Assembly (NCBI RefSeq): GCF_964355755.1
Contig: NC_092672.1
Coordinates: forward strand, 14,508,001 to 14,572,000
Direction of reading: 5' to 3'
Origin: Antedon mediterranea
Lineage: Eukaryota > Animalia > Echinodermata
Length of the DNA: 64,000 nucleotides
Part shown: in pieces, positions 40,801-53,260 of the stretch
How the letters are laid out: each line of letters opens with the position of its first letter
Numbering within the stretch: the first letter of the stretch is position 1
Translations under genes and position numbers: made by a program
The notes under the pieces: generated by a model
The model's input: only the letters and a program-made list of their open reading frames with translations
What the model was told of the DNA's origin: nothing
Database searches by the model: none

Positions 40801-43800
40801 GGGGAGGGGAAAAAAATGTGAGTCATATGACAAAAAATCCAGGTACACAATCTTAATGTCTGATTTATTTTCATTAGACGGCAGGCAGCCACCCCCTCGT
40901 ACTTAGTTAAAAAAAAAACATGCGAGAGATTGTACGAAAAGTTGCAGTAATTTCATTCTGTACTGAAGGCTACAGCTAGCGTACATGTTCATTAGTTACC
41001 TCTATTTACCAGCTAGGCATACAAAACCCAAGTCTAGCTAAACTAGGCCCAAGACAATCCAGGAAAGGACATTCGACGCAAACCACTTAGATTGTGCATG
41101 GTTTCTCTCTTTTTATCATAATTTACCATAAAACGTACATTTAAGACAAGGAATGACCTGGTTTAATGTTTTTAAAGTAGTACATATGCATTATTTTTAC
41201 GGAACGTCAAAAATTGTAGGTCTAGTGTCTTTAAATGAGCATTTCGGAACAGCAATAGATAGACGTGGTACATTTTTCAAAAGCAAAGCAAAAAACATTT
41301 CAACAAATTTGCGTTAAATCCATCAAGCTACAAATTTTATTGGCAAATCCTTTTTGCTATATTGGTTTTGAAATAAAAAAGACTCCAGAGATGACTGACC
41401 CTGGCAATTTCTGTTGAATTGGTATGGTATGACACAAGAGCAAGCGAGTATACATGTGCTATGGTGACAAACATGTCAGGCCTATTAATAAAGGCACACA
41501 ACATACATCAGCGTATACATGTGCTATGGTGACAAACATGTCAGGCCTATTAATAAAGGCACACAACATACATCAGCGTATACATGTGCTATGGTGACAA
41601 ACATGTCAGGCCTATTAATAAAGGCACACAACATACATCAGCGTATACATGTGCTATGGTGACAAACATGTCAGGCCTATTAATAAAGGCACACAACATA
41701 CATCAGCGAATACCAGGGCCTTCAGATAGAATTTTGATGTGATTTATAACAGAAATACAAGTTCGTCTTATTTGTATGTATGTAGCAAGTATATTTTGTA
41801 ACAACCATACCTTGAGAAGCATCTGTAGCATCAGTATCGGGGTTACTCTGTGACTGAATTGCAACTGGTTGGCTATTTGTCAATTGAGCAGGAATTGCAT
41901 CTGGACTGGATATATTTTCAGGTACATTTTCTATAGAATTTTCTTTCGAAGAAACAACTTCTTCTGATGTTTCTTTCTCCTTTTTTAAATCCTCTTCAAC
42001 TTGTATTGGTTTTGAGATGACTTGAGTTTCATCAACCGGTATCAATTGGATTTCTTCTACATTAATTGTCTCTTTCTCTAGACTAGGCTGTACTGGGGTT
42101 GCTGACTGTGCATCCACAGATACTGCTACAGGATGTACCACTGCAGGTTTATTGACCTTAGGATCTTGCCTTGGTAGAATACTTTTAGGAATGACAACTT
42201 TTTGTTGAATCTCTTCCCTTCTGCTTTCCTCCTCAGGGGCCATGGCTCTACGCGCTACCTCTTTTGCAAATTGAGCTTGAATAGCTTGGTTCGAGTCAAC
42301 CTGACCAGATTGCGAGGGTGGTGTTGCTGTATTCTGCAAGATAAAAATAGAAAAAAAAGTCTAATGAACATGATATAAATAAGCTTTTAGTATAAGTAAG
42401 TTTTGCTACAAAAATAAACGATGATCTAATCTTACATTTTAATGTAAATTAAAATAACTTATGTTAACAAATTGAGGAACATGCATACCATTGGTGGTGT
42501 TGAAGAGGTTGTAGAAAGATTTGGTTGTGGTGGAATAGTTGATTGAGAGCTTTCTCCAATGATTGATTCAGTAATATCTTTATTTGTTGTAGGATCCACT
42601 ATTTTGATGATACTTCTATTTCTGGTAGGCTTTGAATAGGTTTGTTGTTGCTGAGACCTAGGTTGGGGTTGCGGTTGGTACATTGTCGGAACTGGTGCTT
42701 GTTGCATCGGTTGGTTTGGCATGTATGAAGCTATCAAAACAAAAGAAATAACATTTATTTAAGTGAAACAATCTTCAGTAGCAAAAAAGTGACCCAAGAT
42801 GATTAAGACAATCTTTAACAAAATTGACGCTGACACAGCAGCCAGTGCAAACAGTCCAATAACCATTTCATTTAACAACATAAAGTTGGTAATAAGTTAT
42901 ATTGATTCTTAAAATGTGTTACTTACTTTGCTGAATATTTTGACTTGTTGGATAAAACGATTGCGCTTGTTGTTGCTGGTAGGCAGTCATTGTTTGTTGA
43001 AATTGAGGTGTATATGGTCGTTGGTACTGCAAAAAATATTCTCAATAAGAAATGCAAGTTTTTTCTAAAGTATATTGTACAGTAGAACCTCCATTTTACG
43101 TACGGTACGGGACCGAAAGGCGTACGTAAAACAAAGGATTCGTAAAATCAAGGTTGACCTTAAATTGACCCCAAATACGTAGAGATCGTAGCTATAAAGG
43201 CTACCCTGTTTGTCTACTTTATTGAACAGCATGCAGGTTGTCACTAGCTAGGCCTTGCCTAGACTATTCTATTCTATTCATAACTATGTTATCTACATTG
43301 CTACATTAAAGATGTATTGTCCCCCAAAAAATGAAAAATAAAGATGAAAAAAATCAAATTTTGAATAGACCGTTTTGTAGTTAACATAAAGTTATTCACT
43401 TCCACCGAAAAAAAATCCGAAAAAAATATTGATTTCGCTTATAAAAAAATCAAAATAAGTTTACCATTTTTTCGAACTCATCGGCTCAGAAATTAGGCCG
43501 GTAGAGCTAACTCATACATATGCATGATATGTTAATGAGCATCCACACAGCAGAGATCTGATCTAACAATGGACGATGCACGTTGTATGTACAACACCAC
43601 CACCAGAGATCGACGCGACTCGACTGTGGGTTTCCCTGGCCTGATCGTATAAATATGTAAAGCTGAGCTGTTAATTTGTCGGTAAGTAGGCCTAGACGGT
43701 TATTTTAAATATAATAATATATATAACGCAATAATAACAGGAAGGTAAATTAATTAACTTAGCCTGGGATTTTTTCAGTTCAGGGCTAGGCCTAGAATAA

Positions 43801-46800
43801 TTAATACATGCTGCTGCATATTACTAGGCTAGCCTAGTAGCAAGCAGACTGTGACAATCGGGTCCCTGCAGAAGATGCCCAGCTAGGCCCTATACATTGT
43901 ACTCTTCATAGACTGGCCTAGGCTATATGCCATCAATCTTAGCTACATTCCGAAAATACAGCCAGCTTGCTGTACCATATATATATTTACAGTTGAAGCT
44001 TGTTTAACTAATTTTTATGATAAAAATAAAACAAACATTTTTCAGGGAAAATGGTTGCAATACAAGCCTGAAATTGAGAACCTTCCAGCAGCACTGTACA
44101 AGTAGACAGAGGGGAAAAGCCAGCTTAGCCATTTTACAACACAAACAAATGTTCTCTGTACTGTAGTAAGTCAAATATTTATTTTCTCTTTTTATAAGTT
44201 ATAACATTATAAGTAATGTGTTTTAATTACCATAGAAAGGTAGTATACTTATTTGACTATGTCAAAGTAAGCAATTTCACTAGCCCAATTTTGCACTAAA
44301 TATGCATGATCTATTTTTTACAGATTTTCATACTTTGCTTTTACTTTTTTTAAAGACGTTGAGCTGATGAAGACTGGAACAGAGGTCACCCAAAGACAAC
44401 AATGATAGACTTGGTATTGGAATATGATTGGATATTGCAGGAAAAATATTTCTGACTCTCCTGCTGCATTCGGCCAATATGTTCTTGTCCAGCTTGTAAA
44501 ATATTGTATAATTTTTTTTGTAAACATAACATTCAATAAATAAAAAAAAAAACTACTACAACAGTACACAGGATAAATTCTTCAAATTTACTTACACTTC
44601 ATAATTTTACTGTAAATATTACAGTGCAAAAGGAGTTAATAAAATATATATATACAGTATATCTTATTGAATTCCTGTATTGTTTTTTGTGTCAATTTGT
44701 TTACTAATTATCAATGTGTTGATTGTGGCAGTAATTACGACAGCTAGTATACTATAGTCTTCTAAGATCGCTCACATCCATTACAAAGTGTCATTTTAAT
44801 ACAGTAGTTAGTAAGAAACGTTTCAATAAATTGTGAATGTTGCCACTGTACGATACATTTTATGTTTCTCACTACTTGCTCTTACTGTTCAATCAATCAA
44901 CCTAAAAAAAAAGAAATTTGTGTCAAAATATCTGCATAAAATGTTTATTTGCGGAATGTTAATTTGAACCTATTGCATTTGATACAGAAAATATTTTTAA
45001 AATATTGCATCAGTAAAACATCCAAAACAATATTTAGATTTTCTTTTTTTTTTTTATTTTCACTGCCGAATAGATAGTTGAAATCTTTAAAAATTAAACC
45101 GATTCATCATGATTAAAACAAAAATACATCCCTTCTGGTGGTGGTCTACTCATGGAGGTATTTTCATACCTCCATGGTCTACTGTAGCCCTAGCTAGCAG
45201 TGTACTGCCTAGGCCTACTAGTACTACACTCTACTTCTTTCTAGGCAGCAGTTAGGCTACTCGAGACTGTCAGTGCTACTAGGCCCTAGTAGTAGTAGTA
45301 GTACAGTAGCAGCAAATTCGGGCCTAGCTAGGCCTCTCCTGTTAGCGAAAAAAAACTCACCTAAATGAATAAGATTCAACATCAAAGTTACCAACTGTAA
45401 TTCTAACTTAGCATTCTGCTAGCTATAGTTTTCGTGTTTTCATCAAGATTCGTCTCGCATCACTACTCGACTCTCTCGCACGCATGCATTGCTATCGTTG
45501 TTGGCTGTTGATTTGGAAAGCATCATCATCCACACGATGTATCCATACAATATGAATATTTATGAGCTAACTCAGGTCAAGAGTTAAATTAAACCGGAAC
45601 ACATTTGTCTTCCAGACAAATAGCTTCCGGTTGGTAAATTTTTGCATTAAATTGCGATTTTCCCGTGTAAAAAATTATTTTTTTCAATCCAAATTGAGGT
45701 CAAAGTGAATAACTTTTATGTGCAATTAAAATGGCCTATTCAACAAAAATATTGAAAAAAAAATTTTTTTCAGGGGGACAATACATCTTTAAGTAAATTG
45801 AAAAAAAGTGGGGGGGGGGGGAGGAGTTGGGGGTTTTTCGTAATAAGCTGTGTTTATCAGTTGATTTTATGTTATTTTATACACTTTTACTATATCTTGT
45901 TTTGTATTCATTGTGTAAAATAATGATCTACTGTATGTATCGATGTAAATTGTGGGGGGGGGGGGGGCGGATAGGGGATGATAGTTGCTTTTGCCTTTTT
46001 TTACTTTTCTGTTAATTGTTATATTTTATATTGTGAAGGATGCACCTTTGTGCTAAGTGTGCCACCGATCTAAAGGTGTAATTCCAAATAAATAAATAAA
46101 TAAATATTCAGGCCAGGCTAGCAGGCCTAGCAAGATGTGAGGCCTAACTAGAAAAGTACAGTACTGTACAGTATATACAGGCTGTGAGATGTTTAAATAA
46201 AGTGTAAAATATCAATGTTCTTGTATTTTCTATCAATAAAAACAGTCGCTGCTTAAATGCACGTGCGTAGCTTGACTCAAACACACAGCAGAATTCCACA
46301 CACAGCCATGATTGTGGCTTTGTGTGCTTTGTTGTTGTTAAATTGCGCCCTCAATGTAAGAAAATGATGACGTCATCGGTTATTTTAAGCGTACGTAAAA
46401 TCAGGGGAACGTAAAATCAGGGTACGTAAAACACAGGTTCTACTGTAATTAAATTGCGACAACAAATGGCATTGATTAACAATAGAAATGATGAGTAAAC
46501 ACCTACTTGTAGGTTGATGTTATGTTGTGGCATAACAGGTTGTATAAAAGGTGGCTGTTGCGTTGACATTATCTGACCTGCATTATAATTGACAGGTTGT
46601 GCACCTGGTCTGTGTTGCATCCTCATTGGCGTAGTTGAACGCTGGATATACATCTGTGCAAATATAAACATTTACAATAACTTAGTTTAATAGTAATCAA
46701 TGGCAAATTTAGCCAGGGGAACAAACCCCCACCCCACTCCAATTATAGTTCCTTTTTTTAACAATTCAAAAAATTATGCATCCATACTGGTACAATTAAC

Positions 46801-49800
46801 ATTGGTTAATTTGTTACTGTATTTTTGTAAACATAAATGATATGGTTAATGATAACAGAACTATCATTGCAGCCACACATTAACAAAACCTTCATTTAAA
46901 AGGAGCGCGATTAGGATAGCGCTGGTTTTTTTTTTAATGATAAAAAAACACCAGACACAAACTACATGAATGAAAAACAATGAATACAAACATAATTAAT
47001 TTTCAAAGATAAAAAAAAGACACTTCAAATTATAGCAACGACGTTCAGTTGATCGGACTACTAAGGATGCCGACAGAAAATGTTATAGTATTCAGTATTG
47101 CATTTTAATTGACTATTTGTTGGGACACAGGCCAAGAATTTGCTGCTTTTTCTTCTGCATGAGAATAGTCGGTGTTGTATGGGGTGGTTTCAGTAACCTT
47201 TTATATTCATTCAATTAATAACATCTGACCAATAGGTGCTGCTGCTGCTGCTTCCTCTTCCTATGTTATTTTTCTATTAAAAGAATATCGATGGTACTGT
47301 TTGGGGTCCGTTTACTGTAGGATCATTTTTATATTCTTATATTACCAGGCTGTGTTGCCAGCAAAAAAAGAGATTATTGGGTGCAGGTGAACCTGATATA
47401 AATAGCAGGGCCCCATAACTGGTCAGCCCTATACATACAGGCCTATTTTTTATAATCGATGTCTATATATCAGCATGTCAAGTAAACAATGAGTTATTTC
47501 AGCACTACCTGCTGCTGTACAGACATGAGGCCGCCACCCCGGATTCCTCAAGAAAAACACCCCATGTGTTATGACTTATACAACGATCGTTAGTGATGAA
47601 GTAATTCATTTTTTTTTATGCCTACATTTGTTAGCGGTTTGAGATTCAGGAGGATTCAAGAGATAAAGTAAAATAATGTTTCTCTATTTTGGTTTTTAAT
47701 TTTTTACATTGTTTTTTGTAATGTAATTTGAAAGAACTAAAAAATTTGATGTGTCCATCTTTTTTTTGCGTTTTGAATACGTTAAAAATAGAGTCTTCAT
47801 TGAAGACGTTTTTTAATTATATAGCGTTGAAAACGTTGCATGTTTTGATAAGCGCTCCACTCTATCCAGTACCACAAGTGTTTGAAATGTTGGCTGTTCT
47901 CTCGCATATTCTCGCAACTCCCATCTAATTCATTCAGTTGCAGGCCAATGTAATTATTAATAACAATAGGATGTTAAAAAGAAAACGCCTAACCTTGCAT
48001 ATAATATATTATCTTGCATCAGAATAAAGTCGTTCTTTATTAGGTGATCATTTAGAATAAAATGATCACCTATTGTTATTGTATGAAATCTTAATTATTA
48101 TTATTTTTTTTCTTTTTATTGTTTCTGTACACTATTTTGTGTAACAATTATCTCAAAAAGTTTAATGTCAATGATTACCAAAATTTCAGAATATCTTTCA
48201 AATAATAATAACTTAATCCTAATTAGCTTTCCAGCGTGATCACTCATCCGTGACGTCATTTATACGCCATTTTGTGAAATCACATTATTAATCATATCTC
48301 CATAATTCATTATGACATATTAATGAAATTCGCTACAGGTAAACTTCAGGTCAAGGGTAAAAATATTAGCAAATAAAAAGTTGCGCGTTTCAAGGCCATG
48401 CACGTGAAATCGCGCGTTAAAAATTTAAAACGCGCAAAATTAGGTTTTGATCAATTTTAGAGCATGAATTAGGCCATTTGCGCGTTTCAAAAAATTACTG
48501 CGCAAAAATGCGTTTTTGTACGCACGATTCTTAAAATGCGTAAAAAATTAAATTTGATGTATAAATCACATTCTAATCACAATCCTTAGTACATTCAGCA
48601 ATTTTGAGTCCATTCCGACTTAAAATAACGGTATACGAGCACGTTAAAAATGACAAAATGCGCACATTAATTGTACAAAAGTGCTAAAAATGGAAAAAAA
48701 TAAAGATTTTTAAAATGAATATAACTCTTCAGAATGGCAGATGACCCCCAATTTTTTTAACTTATTATGGAAGCCAATCAGTTGTAGATACAAATGTATA
48801 TACACATTAGACGTACAAAATGGTATGACATCATCAAATGGCCACTTGAATTTAAAAATTAGGAATTTTTATCTTTTTGTGTGGGTTATCACATTCAACA
48901 GAGCCCATCTCTGTTATTGAGCCCGATTTTCGCACAACTTTTAGTATGTGCTTGCTCAATTAATTATTCTTCTAATGAGTTGTCAACATTTTTATTTTGA
49001 TGACGTCATCACGCGTAAAAACTTGAATAACCTACTGTAGGTCGTGTAATTTCAGCTACACCATACATTTGAATATCTTATAGCTCTTCAGAATTAAAGG
49101 TGACCTTGAAGATTATAACTTATTATGAAAGCTGATGAAATGTAGATATGAATTCATATTAAAATTAAGCCTATCGGATGTTGTGATGTTATCATATGGC
49201 CAGTTGAAGTTAAAAAGTAGTTTTTAAATTTCTTTAGTCAAAGTTATACAAATTTCAAAGACCGCGCATTGCGCTTCTACGTGTCAAATTTTCTTCCAAT
49301 CCTTATATTTATTTGCTCAATTCATTATCTTTCTAAATTGTCATCTTCGAGTTTATTTTGAAAATTCCATCATACCAAAAAATTAGAACACGATATGAGT
49401 CCCGTAATTTCACCTATGCTACACTGTATATAGATATACAGTATATACTGTACATATTGTATGACACATAATAGGTAGAACTCGGCACTATAAGTGTATA
49501 TGCATCATGTCATAGGATGGCGTACATCAACTTTTAACGATCGTATGTTAACGTACATGCATGTTTAAAAAATGTTAATTTTATTAAAATGATAAAAATG
49601 ATCACCTATAATTCGTCAAAGTGACGAATTAAATTCTAGTTCTATATTGTTTTATTATTCTAATTATTTGTGGGTTACAACTAGGCGTGAATAATATGCT
49701 ACAGCACCGTAGTCCTACCGCAACATGCTAGTTGTATTGTATATTACAGATAGGCCTATAAACATATTAATATAACAGTGTGTTGTTATTCTAATTATCA

Positions 49801-52800
49801 CCCTTTGTGGGTTAGGCGTGAAAATGTATTAATATGGTACGGTTATTTAGGGATAATACTGAACAGTGTTTTTTTTCTTTATAATTTTTTTTCCCGACAA
49901 GTTTTTGGTGAAAGTTAATAACTATTATGATACTTCAAAATGACCCACTTTTGTTTAAAATCTGTTTTTTTAAATCTTTTCGGAATTAGTCAAAGGGACA
50001 ATACATCTTTAACATTTGATTGCCATTTCAATGCAAACTCAAAGCAAAACATTGTGTGTTTGAATAAACAGTTCAACGAACTCAACAGTTTCAACGCCAA
50101 CGGACAACGCATATTTCAAAATCTGCAATCATTTTGTCCGGTATGGTACAGTATAATGTAAGTATTGTAAAGATCCATTCATTGTGCGATTGCAAAGAAA
50201 ACAAGTTTTACTGTTATTTTTAATGTCATAACATGACTCTGCCTACGGTATATTGCGTTTCGAGTATTATGCATATGGAAAAAATAAAAAATATTTAAAT
50301 TATTTATTATTATTATGTCGATATACAGTCTAACACCTAGACTACCTACATTCTATCTTCAAACAAGTAGGTAGGACAAGTTGCAGTATTCTTCTTTTTT
50401 CTACTGTAGATTGTAAGCGCGTCCAAATTTAGAGAAAATTACATTTGTGCATTTTAAAATGCCAGGCCTGTATTTTGGAAACTACATCATGTCATATATC
50501 TGAAACGGCTGTGCAAGGAGATCTGATTGTTTTAACACGGAATGACCCACTTACCGGTCTTTGATGATGATAGACTATTGGTATCTGAGGTTGGCCAACA
50601 ACTTGTCCAGCATTTGGTTGTATAGGATTACTCATTGAACCGGACTGGGATGGTGGTGGGGTTACTGTAGGCCTACCAGCCATACTAGCTTTATTAAGAT
50701 CATGGGGGTGAGTGGGTGGAGGAGCACCTGGGGATGGAGATTGACCTGGACGTGCTTGTCTTCCCTGCAAGAGATAAAATATTTTAAATGAGCATAAGGA
50801 GCAAGTGGAGTATCATTTGTTATGAAACTCCTTTGCACACAATACAATAAATGTTATTAGGCAAACAGATATTCTGCTTCATGGTCATACCTACCCTATG
50901 CAAACAAATACAGAATACTACTTAATCTGCAAAAGTTCTACTGTACTCTTGTGTTCTAATTTTGCGCTGGCTTGTATTGTCATGTATTACATTGTAAATG
51001 TCATGGCCAATTGAGAAGCAACGACATTGAACCCTAACACAAAGCCTTTAATAAGCCATGGAAAATTCAAAATCCGCAATTTTAAAAAAAATGAAAAAAT
51101 AAAAAGGCATGGCAAATGGAGGAGCTAGGCTCGCACTAGATTGTGGAATAAAATTGGTAGAAAAAAATGTTTGGCCTCTTTGCCAAATAAATCGCATGAT
51201 TACAGATATATGTAATTGTCAATGCAGTGGCAGAAGCATGCGTTAAATAGGTAGTGAACACCCATATAAGTAATGGATAAAAAAAAACTTTTAAATTTTG
51301 TCATAACACAAGTTTAGAGGTTAGCTCATCGAAGAGAGATGACATGGTGATCTTCAGACCATGACATTTTAAAGTTTTTCTGTGCCATTTTTAAAGTTAC
51401 TTTTAATGTTGATAACTGCAGTTATCAATTGACTTACTTGATAAGCTTGTCGACGTTGGTAGTCTTCACGTGGGTAATGGCCACTAGAATAATTATTAAG
51501 AAAAGCAGTAATAATTTGTTTTTAACTGTGTGTCCTCACCTAAATTCAGCTAACTGAAATTGTAAAATGTGGTATATGTTACAAAATGATAATTACTGCA
51601 ATTATCATTAAAACCATAAAATATGTATTTGTGTAGTGGTTGAATTTGTAAACTATAATAGGAGGCATCAGCAAAAGTAAGTGCCAAAAAAAATATTATT
51701 ATAAAAACGACACCTAGTCTAGGTCACCAACAAAATATATGCAAAATAAATATATTCTAATCCTTTTAAATTATTATTACGAAAAATGTCCGACTAGAAT
51801 TTGGAGGGGAAAAAACCTGCAAGCCTTAGGAACAGTTTAATAGATGAGTATTACGTTTTATGTCATCTGACACAAAATCCAGTTAATGAAGTGTTTTATC
51901 GTCGCCAGACGGCAGCTACCCTCCAATACAGAGTTTTTGAAAAAAAAACATGCGAGAGGTTGCGGTAAAATAGAGTATCCATGTTTCATGCAATGTGACC
52001 AAAAAAAACTAGGTCTGTATTAATTACGGTCTTCTGTCAGTATTCTTTTTGAGCGGTCGACTGAACGTTCTGATACTATATTTAGAATGAATTTGTTACG
52101 ATTTTATTTGTTAGCAACGTTTCTGGCTCGACTAGAAGTTCGCTATATTATTTTCATTAGATAGCCTAGTTTATTCAGGTTCACCTGTGTTGGAACGTGT
52201 CTATACGTTTACATTGTGGGAAATTTATATTTGCAGTTGAGTAGGTAAACATGAACGAAAAAAACGATTAAAAAATATATATTTTTTGGTAAAAACTTTG
52301 GCACATTAATTTTCACACCTTGTTACTTCACAAAGAACATCGTAGGGTTGTTTATTAAGGTTATGAGCTCTCTATGAAGTTGAACATAGCTCATTGAAAG
52401 TTGTTTATTGAGGTTACGAAGACAAACAATGTAACCACAACGTAGCCTATGTTCTATCTACGAAGTTACTTTCGTAGGAAAAGTATTTTCTTTCTGTACT
52501 CTGGTCTGGCTACAGATTATACACAAGATCAAGAAAGGATCAAATACATGTTACTACTTAACTTACTAGGTCCACAAAGAATAATTAATAGGCCTAGGGC
52601 CATTTTTAATAATGTAATAGGCCTAGACATATTTTACACTGAATACATTAAAAATAAAAACTAACACAAATAGAACGTATGTTATAATATGAATTTAATT
52701 CTGCCATGCGCAGAAGCCACACTACACCGCCCTTGTGTAACACGTTTCGCCGGCTCTCCGAGATGGATGGTAGTCTCAGCAGGAAGACGATTCATGTTTA

Positions 52801-52972
52801 TTAGTATTTACTACCAGTTATTTGAAGATTGAAAATGGCTTATTTGTGTTTTAAAATATGTATATTGTATAATAAGTAAAGGATACGAAGATTGCTGTTG
52901 TCCCCGAGAATGTGCCGGATGCTGGCTTTGTGGTTGGGGTGGCTTTCCTTGATGAGAAATGTTATAGCTCAT
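22896..52972 (-). CDS. EIF4G: Eukaryotic translation initiation factor 4 gamma (eIF4G1/3-like), 29 coding exons, about 1594 aa
   Basis: Exons (5'->3'): 52972-52887, 51483-51438, 50764-50555, 46653-46507, 43026-42927, 42730-42489, 42333-41811, 37475-37369, 37234-36724, 36231-36104, 35945-35856, 35459-35292, 35011-34874, 34641-34582, 33927-33784, 32460-32224, 32049-31945, 31849-31717, 31180-31068, 30948-30764, 30296-30133, 28172-28048, 27661-27489, 27298-27094, 26287-26189, 25502-25371, 24513-24432, 23775-23629, 23080-22896. Total 4785 nt, phases consistent. PABP site [13 protein letters not shown], eIF4E motif YDREFLM (36173-36193), MIF4G ([32 protein letters not shown]), MA3 ([23 protein letters not shown]), W2 ([23 protein letters not shown]). 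N-terminal exons are less certain than the core. Confidence 0.95.
23314..23392 (-). mobile_element. L2-like LINE/SINE 3' end
   Basis: Minus strand CAGGGCCCCAATGGAAACCAG...CTG..GGCTACCCTGGGTAAATAAA followed by a (TAA)n tail. Confidence 0.55.
29260..29323 (-). mobile_element. tRNA-derived (SINE-head-like) fragment
   Basis: Minus strand TGGCGCAGCGG (A box) ... GAGTTCAAGATC (B-box-like); no intact cloverleaf. Confidence 0.45.
29775..29926. mobile_element. Palindromic hairpin MITE (about 152 bp)
   Basis: CAGATATTG...TTTGACATCCCCTCGGGAATGATATTAAGTTC / GAACTTAATATCATTCCCTCGGGGATGTCAAA...CAATATCTG. Confidence 0.8.
34052..34523. repeat. Intronic minisatellite, about 17 x 27 bp
   Basis: ATAGATTGTGGGCTGTGTAACACTGCT, nearly invariant; edge units carry 2 extra T. 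Confidence 0.98.
37880..40965. mobile_element. Non-autonomous TIR DNA transposon (about 3.1 kb including nested insert)
   Basis: 22-bp TIR CAGTACAGAAAGAAATTACTGC / GCAGTAATTTCATTCTGTACTG (1 mismatch); flanks CAGGCTA / AAGGCTA form a 7-bp near-TSD. Confidence 0.75.
38201..39684. mobile_element. hAT-like non-autonomous element nested in 37880-40965
   Basis: 8-bp duplication ATAGCCTA (38193-38200 / 39685-39692); ends GGCTCGCACT / AGTGCTACCCCAG; TTGGCGA/TTGGCTA subterminal repeats. Confidence 0.7.
41448..41708. repeat. Four perfect tandem copies of a 65-bp unit
   Basis: GTATACATGTGCTATGGTGACAAACATGTCAGGCC... starts at 41448, 41513, 41578 and 41643. Confidence 0.97.
43080..46445. mobile_element. 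Tc1/mariner-pogo (Tigger)-like non-autonomous element
   Basis: TA|CAGTAGAACCT....TTTTACGTAC ... GTACGTAAAA....AGGTTCTACTG|TA; CGTAAAA subterminal repeats. Confidence 0.85.
43310..45788. mobile_element. Kolobok-like element nested in 43080-46445
   Basis: TTAA|AGATGTATTGTCCCCC ... GGGGGACAATACATCT|TTAA, a perfect 16-bp TIR. A solo matching end occurs at about 49995-50012. Confidence 0.85.
48037..49639 (+). mobile_element. Non-autonomous Helentron/Helitron-like element
   Basis: 5' sub-TIR TAGGTGATCATT with nearby inverted copy AATGATCACCTA; 3' sub-TIR AATGATCACCTA (49597-49608); hairpin AATTCGTCA-AAG-TGACGAATT; then CTAG|TT. Confidence 0.8.
51484..52886 (-). other. U12-type (minor spliceosome) GT-AG intron in eIF4G
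   Basis: 5' splice site GTATCCTTTAC matches the U12 consensus RTATCCTTT. Branch-like TTTTCTTAAT lies about 10 nt upstream of the AG, with no long pyrimidine tract between them. The phase-2 junction keeps the frame. Confidence 0.82.
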
Positions 52973-53194
52973 TGCAACGTGAAAAACAACGGTAGCCTAG
53001 TCCCTTTGTAGGACTAGCCGTTTGGATGGCTACTTGTTTAAGTTTTTCTCCTATAAATAAAAAAATAAACATATGTACTCAATGAACATACTGTACTTAA
53101 CTTATATTATTCCTTTTAGTGTGATAAATGTCAACTATAAGACAATGATTACAATAGATTTTACACGTATATTTCGTAGTATTTCCCACATTAC

Positions 53195-53260
53195 CTTTAT
53201 GCGATGGCCGCTAGAGGAGATAGCCAGGAATCAATCGAGCGGAAATTGACGAAGGTCTCC
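53195..53260 (-). promoter_or_regulatory. Putative non-coding first exon / TSS region of eIF4G
   Basis: Donor AAAG|GTAATG at 53195/53194 and acceptor TTTATAG| at 53051 lead into the ATG exon. The region is locally CpG-rich with a YY1-like GGCCATC. The 5' boundary is a guess. Confidence 0.5.

Noticed and set aside
50885-50935. Candidate eIF4G microexon (TTTGCATAG-GGTAG-GTATGA), sought because vertebrate eIF4G1/3 have neuronal microexons
   Set aside because: The 5-nt version shifts the frame and the 36-nt version contains stops; no support without RNA data.
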